55,902 bases of DNA from Octopus bimaculoides (Eukaryota): NCBI RefSeq assembly GCF_001194135.2, contig NC_068998.1:55106035-55161936 (forward strand), in the 5' to 3' direction. Of the stretch, positions 1-12,057 are shown piece after piece. Position 1 is the first letter of the stretch; each line of letters starts with the position of its first letter. The position numbers were made by a program, and so were the translations under genes. The notes beneath the pieces are model-generated. The model did not search any database, was not told where the DNA came from, and saw only the letters and a list, made by a program, of their open reading frames with translations.

Positions 1-380
1 ATGTATATATGTGTATATATATATGTGTATATATATATGTATGTATATATATGTTTGTATATATATGTATGTATATATATGTGTATATATATATGTATGT
101 ATATATATGTATTTATATATGTACGTATATATATGTGTATGTATGTATATGTATGTATATATATGTATATATATGTATATATATGTGTATGTATGTATAT
201 ATGTATTTATATATATATATATGTATATGTATTTATATATATGTATATATGTATGTATATGTATGTAAATAGATATGTATATATATATATATATATATAT
301 GTATATGTATATATGTATAAGTATATATGTATGTATAAGTATGTGTACATATATGTATGTATATATATATGTATATATAT
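1..380. repeat. AT/GT-rich low-complexity compound microsatellite
   Basis: Degenerate (TA)n/(TATG)n/(TG)n. It explains the Y/I/M/V/C-only ORFs at the start of the track. Confidence 0.95.
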
Positions 381-830
381 CATCATCATCGTATAACATC
401 TGCTTTCCATGCTGGCATGGGTTGGACAATTTGACTGAGGACTAGCAAGTCAGAATGCTGCACCAGGCTCCAATCTGATCTGGCAGAGTTTCTACGGCTG
501 GATGCCCTTCCTAACGCCAACCACTCCGAGAGTGTAGTGGGTACTTTTACGTGCCACCTGCATGAGGGCCAGTCACACAGTACTGGCAACTGCCACGCTC
601 AACAATGTGTTTTTTACGTGCCACCTGCATGGGTGCCAGTCTAGCAATACTAGCAACGATCTCACTCAAATGACTTTCTAACGTGCCACCAGCACAAGTG
701 CTAGAAGGCAACGATTACGCTCTAATGGTGCTATTTACGGGCCACTGGCATGGATGCTAGACGGCTGCTTTGGCAATGAGCACGCTTGACAGTGCTGTTA
801 GTTCACCACTGGCGCGGTGACCAAAATGTT
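381..830 (+). mobile_element. Interspersed repeat, probably SINE/LINE 3'-end derived, with internal ~65-bp subrepeats
   Basis: Begins catcatcatc...tttccatgctggcatgggttggac...ggatgcccttcctaacgccaaccact. Homologous copies at ~12742-12960 (+), ~22444-22620 (+), ~28635-28863 (-) and ~47208-47350 (+). The internal acgtgccac motif recurs about every 65 bp. Confidence 0.7.
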
Positions 831-898
831 ACAGAGTACAAGATAGTAGGATAATTTTAAGGAGAGTTGCATAAGAGTGATGGGCATATACACATGTA

Positions 899-901
<3 letters not shown>

Positions 902-948
<47 letters not shown>
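902..948. repeat. (TG)n microsatellite
   Basis: Direct reading. Other (CA)/(TG) tracts at ~1216, 6003, 10429, 23525 and 38486. Confidence 0.95.
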
Positions 949-952
<4 letters not shown>

Positions 953-1212
953 TATATCACACACACATAAATAGTGGAGAAAGTGAGATAGAAGTGCATT
1001 GGATCATAGTATTAATAGAACTATAGTCAGTGACATATGTGAAGGTATAAAATGTAGACAGAAGACGTCTTGACATTTTTCTAGTATTTGGGCGTAATGA
1101 GTTCTGGTTTGGCAGACGTGGCGTTCAACTATTGCCTTTATAAACACTTGCATAAATTAAAGTTGTTACTGTGCTCAATCAGGCATTTTCATACCCACAC
1201 GCATATGGTTCC

Positions 1213-1246
<34 letters not shown>

Positions 1247-2504
1247 CTACTCACATCCACATATGCATGAGCATCTTTTCTTGACCTTACTTCTACATAC
1301 TACACACTTCATACACACACACATGTGCTCACCCATCTCTGTATGCATTTGGCATGCCTACATGTTAGCTCATTGTACACTGCAGGTGGTGAAAGATACT
1401 CCAAACATAACATTCAATGTGTGTCTGTGCATGGGAGAGTAATTTTACATGGCTCCAATATGATTAATCCAAGCAGTGAAGATTAACGATGTCCAAATTA
1501 ATCTGTGTCTAAAGGAATTAATGCTTGGGTGTCATAACGTCTGATAAGAGCATTGATAGTACTTGATATTTCACAGTATTGCCTTTGTTATAGCATGGCT
1601 CATGTATATACGATAGGATGACAGGGAAGTGATTAAGGGAGATTGCTTGTATCTGCTATATAGTATTACATTGGTGTATGCAAAGAGAGAGAGAGAGGAG
1701 AGCATGCATGCCTGTACTGTGCCCCTCTCATGCACAAACACACACACACATGATCATCTTCACCCTCCTCCCCTACCCACTACATAAGTCAGTACTTGCA
1801 TATAAACATGGACTACATTACACCTCGTATACATTTAAACCATCTCCTACATTCAAACAACTACATGTGTTTATGTGTGTATGTATATTCATAGCTGGAT
1901 GATACAAGAATGACTTACATCTTTTTTCTTCCTCATTTATTCTTTTCCTCCTGCCTAACCACCACTTTCCCCTATAAACTAGATTGTGTCTACTACTGAT
2001 TCTACTATCACACTCTCCAACTTCATTTTTATACCAAGCCTGTAATGTAAACATTATAAAATCAGTATCATTTTTATTTTTTGCCTCCCATTGCTTATTT
2101 TTTTACATTTCTTTGATAAAGAATATGAAAATGTTCAGTTTACTTCAATTCCTTTCATTGATGTATAAAATCCTGCATACTATGTCAATATATTTTCAGA
2201 TTGTTTATCTCTTTTATTACCACCTCCTTCTATTTTACTTTGTTTTGTGCATTGGTGTGGTGGTGGGATATATCCTGGTGTGTGCATGCATATCTGTATA
2301 TGTGCATGTATATGCATTTTTACATATGCACATATAGATGTGCACACTTGTGCCTATATGCATGCATGTCTATATGTATACTTGTATTTGTGTGAAATTT
2401 GGAATGGTAGTAGCAATAATATTTTGTCTCCATGAAAGAGACCTGTTAAAAATGGCTGGGCTTCATTCAGAATGTGAGGGATTTACATAGAATGAAATAT
2501 TAAA

Positions 2505-3812
2505 AGAATTGTTAGTACATCAGACAAAATGCTTAGCAGTATTTCTGACTCATTCCGTTCTGAGTCAAAATTCTACTGGCACCAACTTCACGTTTCATCC
2601 CTCTGCAGTCAATAAAATACATACCAGTCAAGGACCGGGCTGTGGGTGGGGGGTGGGGGGTCAATGTGATCAATTAACCACCACCTCCTAAAATCATTGA
2701 CCTTGTATCAAAATTTGAAACTAATATTATTATTATTATTATCATCCTTCTTCTTCTTCTTCTTCTTCTTCTTTATTAGGCAATGAATTAGCAAAGCCCT
2801 TCAAAGCCCTTATAAAAAATGCTTTGAAGTGTTTCAACTCTTTACATTGTGAGTTCAATCTCACCAAAGTTAACTTTATAATTTAATTCTTGGGGTGGCA
2901 GGCTGGCAAGACCATTACCATGCTGGATAAAATGCTTAGCAGCATTTCTTTTGACTCTATAGGTTTTGAGTTCAAATGCTGCTGGGGTTGACTTTGCTTT
3001 TAAAATAAGTACCAGTTGAACACTAAGATCAGTGTAATCAACTTAACCCCTCTCCCTAAATTTACTAGCCTTGTGCCAAAATTTGAAATCATCATCATCA
3101 TCATCATTATTATTATGATGATGATGATGATGATGAGGAATGATGGTGGTGAGCTGGTAGAATTGGTAGCGACTTGGACAAATATTTCTTTGGCCTTTAT
3201 GTTCTGAGTTTGAAAGTTGCCAAATCTGACTTTGCTTTTCATCCTTTCAGGATTGATAAAAAGCAATTCCAGTTGAGCACTGGAATTAATGTAACCAACA
3301 ATCGTCCCCTAAAATTTCTGGCTTCATGCCAAAATGTGAAACTATTATTATTATTATAATTATCAATTAAGGCAGTGAGCTTGTAGAATTGTTAACTAGA
3401 TAAACTACTTAGCAGCATTTCTTCTGCCTCTGTTCTGAGTTCAAAAGTTGTCGACTCTGCCTTTCGTCCTTTCATCTCGGCAAGTACCAGTTGAACACTG
3501 GGGTTGAGGTAATTAACTCACTCTCTACAAAATTTCAGGCTTTGTGTCTATAGGGAAAAGAATTATTATTATTAATTAATTAATTAATTAATTAATTAAA
3601 GTGGGAGAACTGTTAGCATGCCAGGCAAAATACTTAGTGTCATTTTTTCTGGCATTATGTTCTGAGTTCAAATTCTACCAAGGTCAAATTTGTCTTTCAT
3701 CCTTTGGGGTTTTGATAAAATAAGTACCAGTGAGCACTGGGGGGGACAATGTAATCAACTAACCTCCTCTCCCTCTATATTACTACTCTTGTGCCAAAAA
3801 TTAGAAAGAATA
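2505..3812 (+). mobile_element. Cluster of 5-6 diverged same-orientation SINE-like copies
   Basis: Recurring ~200-bp unit (aaaatgcttagc...gttctgagttcaaa...actttgc..ttcatcc...agtaccagttgagcactgg...gccaaaatttgaaa), each ending in an (ATT)n/(ATC)n tail. A further copy lies at ~5421-5610 and reverse copies at ~14050-14230 and ~25800-25900. Confidence 0.8.
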
Positions 3813-4041
3813 TTGTCGTCAATGCTATTAATAATGCCTAACCTATTTTTTACTGCTTTTGTTTTATGCTGTTATTGCTATGAGTTTTTTTCTTTTATTT
3901 TCATATTATAATTCAATTTTTGTTTTAATTTCGAGTGTTAATTTTATCATCATCATCATCATCATGGTTCATAATATTTTCTACATTAACCACTACTTAT
4001 TATTAAAGTTTGTTGTCTCAATAATTATAATAATAATAATA

Positions 4042-5003
4042 GCTTAAAATCAGAAACAGAAGGGTTTATCATAGCAGCCCAAGATCAATACTGACCTACA
4101 AGGAGCTACCAGGCCAATATATTTAAGAACGTGTATGGAAACAGCAAAATGAGACCATTGATCATGTTGTCTCCATGTGCTGTCTTCTTGCGCCTACAGA
4201 ATATCTCAACAGGCATGATAGAGCAGCACAATCTCTTCACTGGGTAATTTGCAAGAACTTGGACCTGTCCCATGATAAAAACTGGTGGTTACACAAACCA
4301 TCTCCGGTACTTGAAAATGACCACATCTCACTCCTCTGGAACTTCACCATTCAAACTGACAGAAAGATAGATGCGAATAGGCCAGACATTATGTTGAAGG
4401 ACTTCAGATGAAAATCATGTCTCCTCATTGATATGACTGTCCCAATCGATATAAACATATCTGTGAAGACCTACCAAAAACTTGGGCAAGTATAAAGATC
4501 TTGAAATAGAAATTGGCAAAATGTAGAACCTCAAGACTAAAACAATACCTGTTGTCATAGGTGCCCTAGGAATGACAGCAAAAGGGGCTGATTCCTACCT
4601 AGCTCAATTACCAGGAAACCTCAAAGTGGCAGAAATTCAAAAGATAGTGCTCATGGGAACTGCCCATATCCTATGTAAAATATTATGTAATCTCAAATTT
4701 TAAAACAAACACATGATCTTCTTATGGTTTCTTAAACATTCTCTAGAACAATACTTTGTGCAAAACCAAATATATGACACCCTAGGCATAGCACCAACAT
4801 GAACTTCTAACTTGTTGTCTCTTGAGGTCTCTGGGTGAGACTTGGAGCCAACTTGTACAAATACAAACATAAAAGTCATATTATTACACACACATTGCAT
4901 AAAGTAATGTCTGAGGTCCTTGACAAACAATACTCCCCCCCTGTCCCCCTAGACACAGTATCTTCAATCAACAACCTTACGATATTATATACTGTGCAAT
5001 GTC

Positions 5004-5037
<34 letters not shown>
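4042..5037 (+). mobile_element. 5'-truncated, decayed non-LTR retrotransposon with restriction-like endonuclease (R4/Dong-like)
   Basis: Encodes LKSETEGFIIAAQDQ, ETIDHVVSMC (remnant zinc knuckle), RHD, LLWNFTIQTDRKIDANRPDI (RLE motif) and IPVVIGALG, with stops and frameshifts. Flanked by (TAA)n at 4021-4041 and 5005-5037. Confidence 0.85.
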
Positions 5038-5038
<1 letters not shown>

Positions 5039-5999
5039 CATAGGGAAACAAACAGTTATAATAACAATAATAGAGAATGATGATGATGATGAGAGATGAT
5101 GAAATAAGACTGAAGATGAAACAAACATTGAAGGCCAGAACACAAGTTGGTGTATAGGACTGTGGTGGGTGACAAGAAGTTAAAGGTAATGAGATTCTAA
5201 GCTGAAGAGGGATGGTAGAGGTGACAGTGATAAAAATTGACGTGGGCCATTGTTGTTTGACTCTACTGGAGTCAAATTGGATTGACAAAGGAGAGGAAAA
5301 CACATCCGTGACTCTTGCTCAGTAAAAGGAATGACCTCTTTGTGACGATTTGCTACTATTTCAATGTCTTAACAATGCCTCTTCTCTGACTACTGTTTTA
5401 TTATTGTTTGCTGTTGTTCAGCTGGCGCATCAGACAAAATGCTAAGTGGTATTGCTTTCAGCTCTTTACCTTCTCAGTTCAAATACTCACTGAAGTTAAC
5501 TTTGCAACTTTTCAGGATCAGTAAAATAAAATATTTTAATGCAATCACCCAACCCGTCTCCCTCTTAAATTGTTGACACCTGCCAACAATCTGAAACGGT
5601 TATTTCTGCTGTTCTTATTTTTGTACTCTTGTCTTCTCTCTATATAAGAAATATCAAACACATTCTTGACACAATGCAAAGAGGCACAATTTAGTACTTG
5701 TCTGATGAAGTGCCATTCTGACATATTCAACCACACATGTTGTGTGACTTTTCACCTGCAATCATTTACATGGCATAATATGGTTAGAAACAGACTGGTT
5801 CAGAAACAACTGTTACAAATAATAAAGTTGTGCTTAAATTCATTCTTCTGCATCTTGGAAGTTGTGATTTTACCAGTGACACACCTGGAGTTCCGGCACC
5901 AATGGACTCCAAATTTTTTTTGAAAGGTCCAGAATGAGTAGATGTTCAGGAGTGCTGCATTAGGAATACATATTTTCAACCTTGCCAGGACCTACACCA

Positions 6000-6034
<35 letters not shown>

Positions 6035-6170
6035 TATACATAGTATATATACTGAGAGCATTGATTTTGCATGTGCCTTCAAGCTTTACCTCTAACAGTT
6101 TATTCAACCTGTGTATATGTGTGTATATATTATAGTTTATTGGGTTTAAGTGTATATGTTTCTAGGTATG

Positions 6171-7076
6171 TATGAGGGATTACCAAAAAAAGAAACTGGA
6201 ATTTTGCAATGCTATTTCATTCACTTAGTTTTATATGTTTACACTTTTATTGCCTTCAAAGTATTCTCCATTTGAAGCAAGGCATCAGTCCACAATGCAT
6301 TGGTTTTCCACTGTTGGAAGCAGTCCTGGAACTCTTGCAAAGTGATGCCTTTTAATGTCTCCGTCATTTTTTTTCCTTCTCTTTCACATCTGCAAATTCT
6401 TTTTGCACCAGCTTTTTGTCACCAGGGATGACCTTCAAAAAACAGGTCTGGATCAACATCCAACTGTTCTTTCAGTTCATGGCAAGCATTCACTTGTGAC
6501 TGCTTTTGATCTCCCGTGAGCAAGTGAGGAACAACATTTTGCTGCAATTCTTCGCTCACACTTCGTTGGAAGGATCTCCAAGACACGCCAATCAGATCAA
6601 CAAGTTCATCAATTGTTCAGTAATGGTCCGCCAAGACCAGTTCGTGAATTTTCATGATGTTTTCATTTGTTTGGGAGATTGACGGTTGCCCTGAACGAGG
6701 TTGGTCTTCAAGCGACAAGTGACCATTCCTAAAATGTGAAAACCACTCATAAACTTGTGTTTTGCTCATGGCAGCAGCATCCTTGTAAGCTGTTTTGAAT
6801 CACGACTATTGTTTCGGCTGCTGTTTACCCGGCAGCAAACAGAATTTCCTGGAAGCATGCTGTTCCTTCGCTTCAGTCAAAGCCAAAATCACTGAACAGG
6901 GCAGAAGAACTGCAAAACAAAGACGCACCACATGGAAGTATGACTGTACTCAATGCTGCCAGTCTGCAGACTGATTCCTGAGGGTTGCATAAAGTGGCTT
7001 TTTAGCGGCAGAAGCCTGAACTACAACAGGCTTGTCCCACAGAACGCTTCTGGGTACTTTTGAGTACCCCTTCATC
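6171..7076 (-). mobile_element. Internally deleted mariner/Tc1 DNA transposon relic
   Basis: Minus strand encodes EWFSHFRNGHLSLEDQPRSGQPS (mariner HTH region, ~6670-6750) and LKGITLQEFQDCFQQWK...SNGEYFEG (C-terminus, ~6250-6345). The left end TAtgaggg resembles a mariner TIR; the right end is degraded. Confidence 0.85.
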
Positions 7077-10000
7077 TATGCATGTGTGTAAGTGTGTGTA
7101 CATGTATAGATGAGTTATACAAATACTGAAAACAAAAATAAAGTCCAAAATGCCATGTATTTGTTCATTTATTTAGATCTGAGATGTTACATCGTTGACA
7201 CAACAGCTTCAAGTTTCTTACCAGTATACCTATATTAAGTGCCTTGACATGAAACTCTAGGCTACTGAGTCACTGATGTAGCTTCTCTGGTTTAGGTTAT
7301 ACAATTTTATAAACATATCATTACAAGCATGCCTGTATGGTTAAGAATTTTATTTCACAACTCCATGCTTTCAGTTTCAGAGCAACCAATGTCTCATGTG
7401 TGAATTTGGTAGATGGAAGTGCTCAGAGCTTGAAGATTCCTTGGAGATACAAGGCACATTGTAAAAGCCTGCCTATCCACATGTCTTCATAGCAAAAAAC
7501 TATTCGTAGTTCTTATCTTAATACATTAAAAGATATTTTTATCACTGGACAGAGTACTTTTTTTGTTGATTTTACCTTAATAGAACAATAAACTTTTATA
7601 TATTATATATCCTTCTATCCTCTCTTACTTGGAAGAAGTCACTCTTACATGCTGTCACTCAACCTGCTAACCATAGCAGCCAAACTGCTAATCACTATTG
7701 TCTGAAACGAGGAAAGACAAACATATTGGCCAATTCGGTCTTCTCTATACCTAATTTTGGCTGTTATTGTTATGATCATAAGTCTTCTTATCAAGACTTA
7801 CTTTAGGCTGAATACCAACAACCTGTCTTTGTTAAGTTGGAGCAAACAGTGAAGCCAGACTACTTTGTGCTCAATTTTGAAGTATTAAAGTTCAAATTAT
7901 AAAAGGACCAAATTCTAAGTTTAAAGGAAATTTATATTTTCTTTAAAAAAATGTAATAGACTAATGCAAAATCAATCACTAGCTTTCTTTTTTACTTGGC
8001 ATTTTTTATAAAATGATTTAATTCCTGGTGATTAGGAATAGCAGGGTGTCAGGAACCTCCTTCATAATTTTAACTATTCCTGAAACATTTTGCACTAATT
8101 TGCAAAAGATGCTTTTAATATTAGGTTTTTGTTGTTTTAATATTGAAAAGTTATTGTTCTTTGTAACTATTGTATTTCACTTTTACTTCTAAATCCCATG
8201 GGAGAAATGAAAGCATCCATCTTACAACATCCAAGTTTTCCTCCTCTTCTGTATGAGGGAGGCTTTGTTCTGAAACAAAAGAAATTTTGATATCGTTTTT
8301 CAATATTAAACCAATACAAACTGAACTTTGGGGATGTTTTAATTCTGAATGTTGAGAAATTGGTTCATTAGCTTATTTTGCTAGTTAACCTTAATTACAT
8401 TGATGTAATTGCAAGCAATTACATCAGTGAAAGTTTATTAATGATACCTGTTAATTACTCTAAATATTTAGTTTGTCCCCTTATATTCTGATGACTTTCC
8501 AAAAATACCACCCCACCCATCTACCCATTTCTGGTATCACAGAATTTTTTTTGTTTTTATTTCAAGAATATTTCATGAAATGAGAACTTCAGTCAGTCAT
8601 TTTTATTCTGAAATGATGGAGGGTGGGGGTCTACTGACTGACTGGCTATCGTTTTCTGAAACTTTTTCATTAAAACATTTTTTTTTTCTCTCACACACAC
8701 AATTAAAGCAGGTCATCTGTGGTGTTTTTACAAAATTGTTTTTTTATTAATGCAAAAATTGCCAATTGTAAGGGATTTGAAGATTTTGCTTAACTCTAGT
8801 TAAGAAATCTTGTATTACAATCATTTCAATGTAGAAATGTTTTTTTTTTTTACTGTTACTTAAAATATTCCAGCTGAAAGAAATTAGAATTGCATCACAT
8901 ACCAAAGTATTTTTAGTCTTTCATTAAAAACAGCAGCTACCATGGATATTTTATACATTTTTGAGGCTGGTATAGTTGCCACAAGCAGTACTAAACTGGA
9001 CTAAAATGCTTTACAGTTGCTTTTAGTTGGTATTTTACTATTGCAAAATCAATTCATGCAGGGCTCATCTTTATTTGTTATTATCGTTTATGAATCTCTT
9101 GAGTCTTCTTCAACATTCTAAGGCTTGCTCATTTGTTCTGTTTGAAATTGTTTCATTTTCAATTTAACTTTCTTGTGTTCCACTTGTTGATATCAAAAAA
9201 ATGTTTTTTTTTGACATTTAATATCTGCATCTTCTTAATTATGTCTTCCAATTTTCAGTACGGTTCTCCTATCAGTTCCAAACTAACTTAATTGTTTCTA
9301 CCAATTTTCACCTTTTAGTATTGTTCACATCAAGGTCCCCCTTGATCCCAACAACTAAGTCACTGTAGAGACATGATGTTGGGGTCAGCTTCCTGTTTAT
9401 TTATTTCTTCCACAAGATGTACTCATTTGGTTCAACGAGTGTTAACTAGCTGATACCATGGTAACAGATTTCCCTTAATTAGATTTGGTTGTTTCATTGC
9501 AATGGTAGCATATTTGAAGTATAGTAACTGCTGCAACTTGGCAAATGACAGCCGTTAGCTTACTCTTGCTACATTGAAACCGTTGGATTATTGATTGTAT
9601 GTCTGCTGCAACGATTGCTTTATATACTAACAACTATTAGAATCCCATTTGAGGCAGACTGATGACAACTCTAGCAACATCACTCTTCTCTTTTTCTCAA
9701 CTCAATAGTTACCTAGTATCCCCCCCCTCCAACTTTCTGTAATAAGCATTGAAGACTGACCAACATTCACTGCTTATTCTCTTTCTCTTTCTCTTCTTCT
9801 TGTCTGAAGTGTCCTCTATATTGAAGTAACTTTTTAACTATACATATTATTTCATAATTTCAACTTAGCTAATCACATGATACAATGTTTGTCTTTTAGT
9901 TACGACTCAATACTTGAGATTTAGATCAGTTTGTTGTTGTTGTTGATAGACTCATGGACTGTTTCAGTTTGTTTTATTTCTATTCAGTTATATTTCTTTA

Positions 10001-10453
10001 AAATATTTTCATATTGTGATGAATTACAAAAGTAATTAATTCACCAAGATTTCACTGGAGTAACAAAAATTTAGAAATGGTTACGTTGAATTTAGCCTTT
10101 TCAAAAGGAGTGTTTAAAATTGATAGTTAAAACTTCTGCTGCAAGTGTCCAATGTCTCTAGCCTTTGTACGTGATTGATATGTGTATATACAAGGAAAAT
10201 GGGAACAGTTATTTTAAAGTTTTGCAATAGTAGCCTCCTTGAGAATATAAAATACTTTGGTTTTCCAAGCCTTGAGGAATTTTGTGTGGACAAATGAGGC
10301 AGCAAAGTAGGTGTGGTAGTGTGATATTGTAGTTTTAAAGTATATGACTAAATATTTTTAGGGGTGATTAAATTGTTTGATGTTGGTATAAATTTTTCAT
10401 TGGTAGCAGGAAAAGATTTTTAACACTTTGTGTGTGTGTGTGTGTGTGTGTGT

Positions 10454-10578
10454 GCAGACATGTAAACATTTTGCTCCCAACCACATGGTCTCAGGTTCAG
10501 TCCCACAATGTGACACCGAGCAAGCCAAAACCCTGTGAGTGAGTTTGGTAGAAGGAAACTGAAAGAAACCCTTTGCAT
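10454..10578 (+). mobile_element. tRNA-head-like SINE family copy (partial)
   Basis: cccaaccacatgg...ggttcagtccca...gtgagtgagtttggtagaaggaaactgaaagaa, homologous to the copies at 20352-20512 and 52898-53060. Confidence 0.7.
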
Positions 10579-11499
10579 GCCTCAACAAATTCCATCTGAT
10601 GCATGTAAGTATGGAAAAGTGGATATTAACTCAATAATGATGGTGATACAGATGAAATTATTTTAAATGAAATTCCCAATCTGGCATTGGTTTTATGGGT
10701 TAACAAAATCTGAGTTTTTCTTCAGAGTTACTTCTCTTCTGAATCCATTGAAGGAACTCATATTGCTCATGCATTCTTGCATCTTTAGCTTGATTGTTTT
10801 TTGGGGGTTTTTTTTCTATAACTAACCACTTCACAGGGTGTATAGGGAACAATTTGTAGCAGCAGCACTTAAGAAGTTATCCTATTTTGAACTAAATTAC
10901 CCACTCCCACTCAATGTTAATTAGATTACTTTGTACCCCCTTTTATATGAAAGAGTTATCAGTAGTCTAACTTATCTTTACTTGGTNNNNNNNNNNGGGG
11001 GGGGGGGGCAGTCAGATAAATGAGTGTAAGAAAGTAGAATGATTGGGTGGTTATGGTGGTGGTGGGGGTGGAGAGAAAGAAAGAGATGGCTGGTAATGAA
11101 GGTGGGGAATGTCAAATAATAACTAACCCAAGGCAGTGAGAGAGAGAGAGAGAGAGTGTGTGAGGGATGACTGGTTGTACAGAATTGTGGATGCTATGAG
11201 TTTATAGTTATAAACAGTTCTATTGGAATCTCTTAAATATAGGTGTTGTGATGAGAGAGATGTGGGATGGACTGGAGAGTAGGTTCAATACAATCCCTCA
11301 TTAAATAGGCAAATAGGAGAGTAACTTACAGATTAGAAAGAGAGGTAAGATTTAAAGCATGGTACAGTGAGGTGGTGGGGGGGGCGATTGGCTGCTAATC
11401 TTGGATACATTTGAAGCTATATCACATTGAATAGAAAAGGTGAGGGAAGGGACAGATGTCAACTTGACGGGGTTGTGCTTGGTGAGAGACCCATGTATA

Positions 11500-11760
11500 G
11501 ATATCCTCCATTATTCCCATCATTTTCACATTTCTATTGCCATGCTTCTACAGATGAGTGGTGCATGTCATTAATCATTTCTCTTTTGTCATCTTCTCCA
11601 TGATTTTTAGCGTCTTGAGATCAGTTTCCACCTCTTCGTCCCATATCTTCCTAGGTTTCCATCTTCTACAAGTTCCATCCACTTTAAGCATCCCACACAG
11701 TTTGATGCAACTGTCACCTCCCATACTCATACATTGCAGTCTCCTGTCTTGCATCCTACA
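11500..11760 (-). mobile_element. Decayed LINE (RTE-like) 3' coding fragment
   Basis: Minus strand reads ...LKVDGTCRRWKPRKIWDEEVETDLKTLKIMEKMTK, resembling the GRPRKxW...DL C-terminal motif of RTE-clade ORFs. Confidence 0.55.
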
Positions 11761-11872
11761 TATATATCCTCACACAGCCTTTCGATGTATTATTTATATA
11801 TATTTTGATTTACTTTGAGTCTGTTTAAAATTCTTTGCAATAATGGATTATTTTTTCCCCCTCTTCTTTAAG

Positions 11873-12057
11873 GGACTGGTGAGTCTGGAAAGAGTACATT
11901 TATCAAGCAGATGAGAATTATCCATGGTGCTGGGTACTCTGAAGAAGACAGAAAAGGCTTTGAGAAAATTGTTTACCAAAATATATTTTCAGCCATACAG
12001 ACTCTTATAGCTGCAATGGAAACGTTGTCTTTAGAATATAAGACTTCTGGCAATAAT
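11873..12057 (+). CDS. GNAQ: Galpha-q exon 2 (185 nt): P-loop and start of helical domain
   Basis: Acceptor tttaag|GG ACT GGT GAG TCT GGA AAG; encodes [61 protein letters not shown]; donor AAT|gtaagt. Confidence 0.97.

Noticed and set aside
1-410. ORFs rich in Y/I/M/V/C or H/T (also ~37127-37391, ~53552-53869, ~54353-55047)
   Set aside because: Translations of (TA)/(TG)/(CA) microsatellites and N gaps.
1-11872. Galpha-q exon 1 (expected MACC...KLLLLG)
   Set aside because: No matching sequence found by eye; it must lie upstream of the window, so intron 1 exceeds 11.8 kb.
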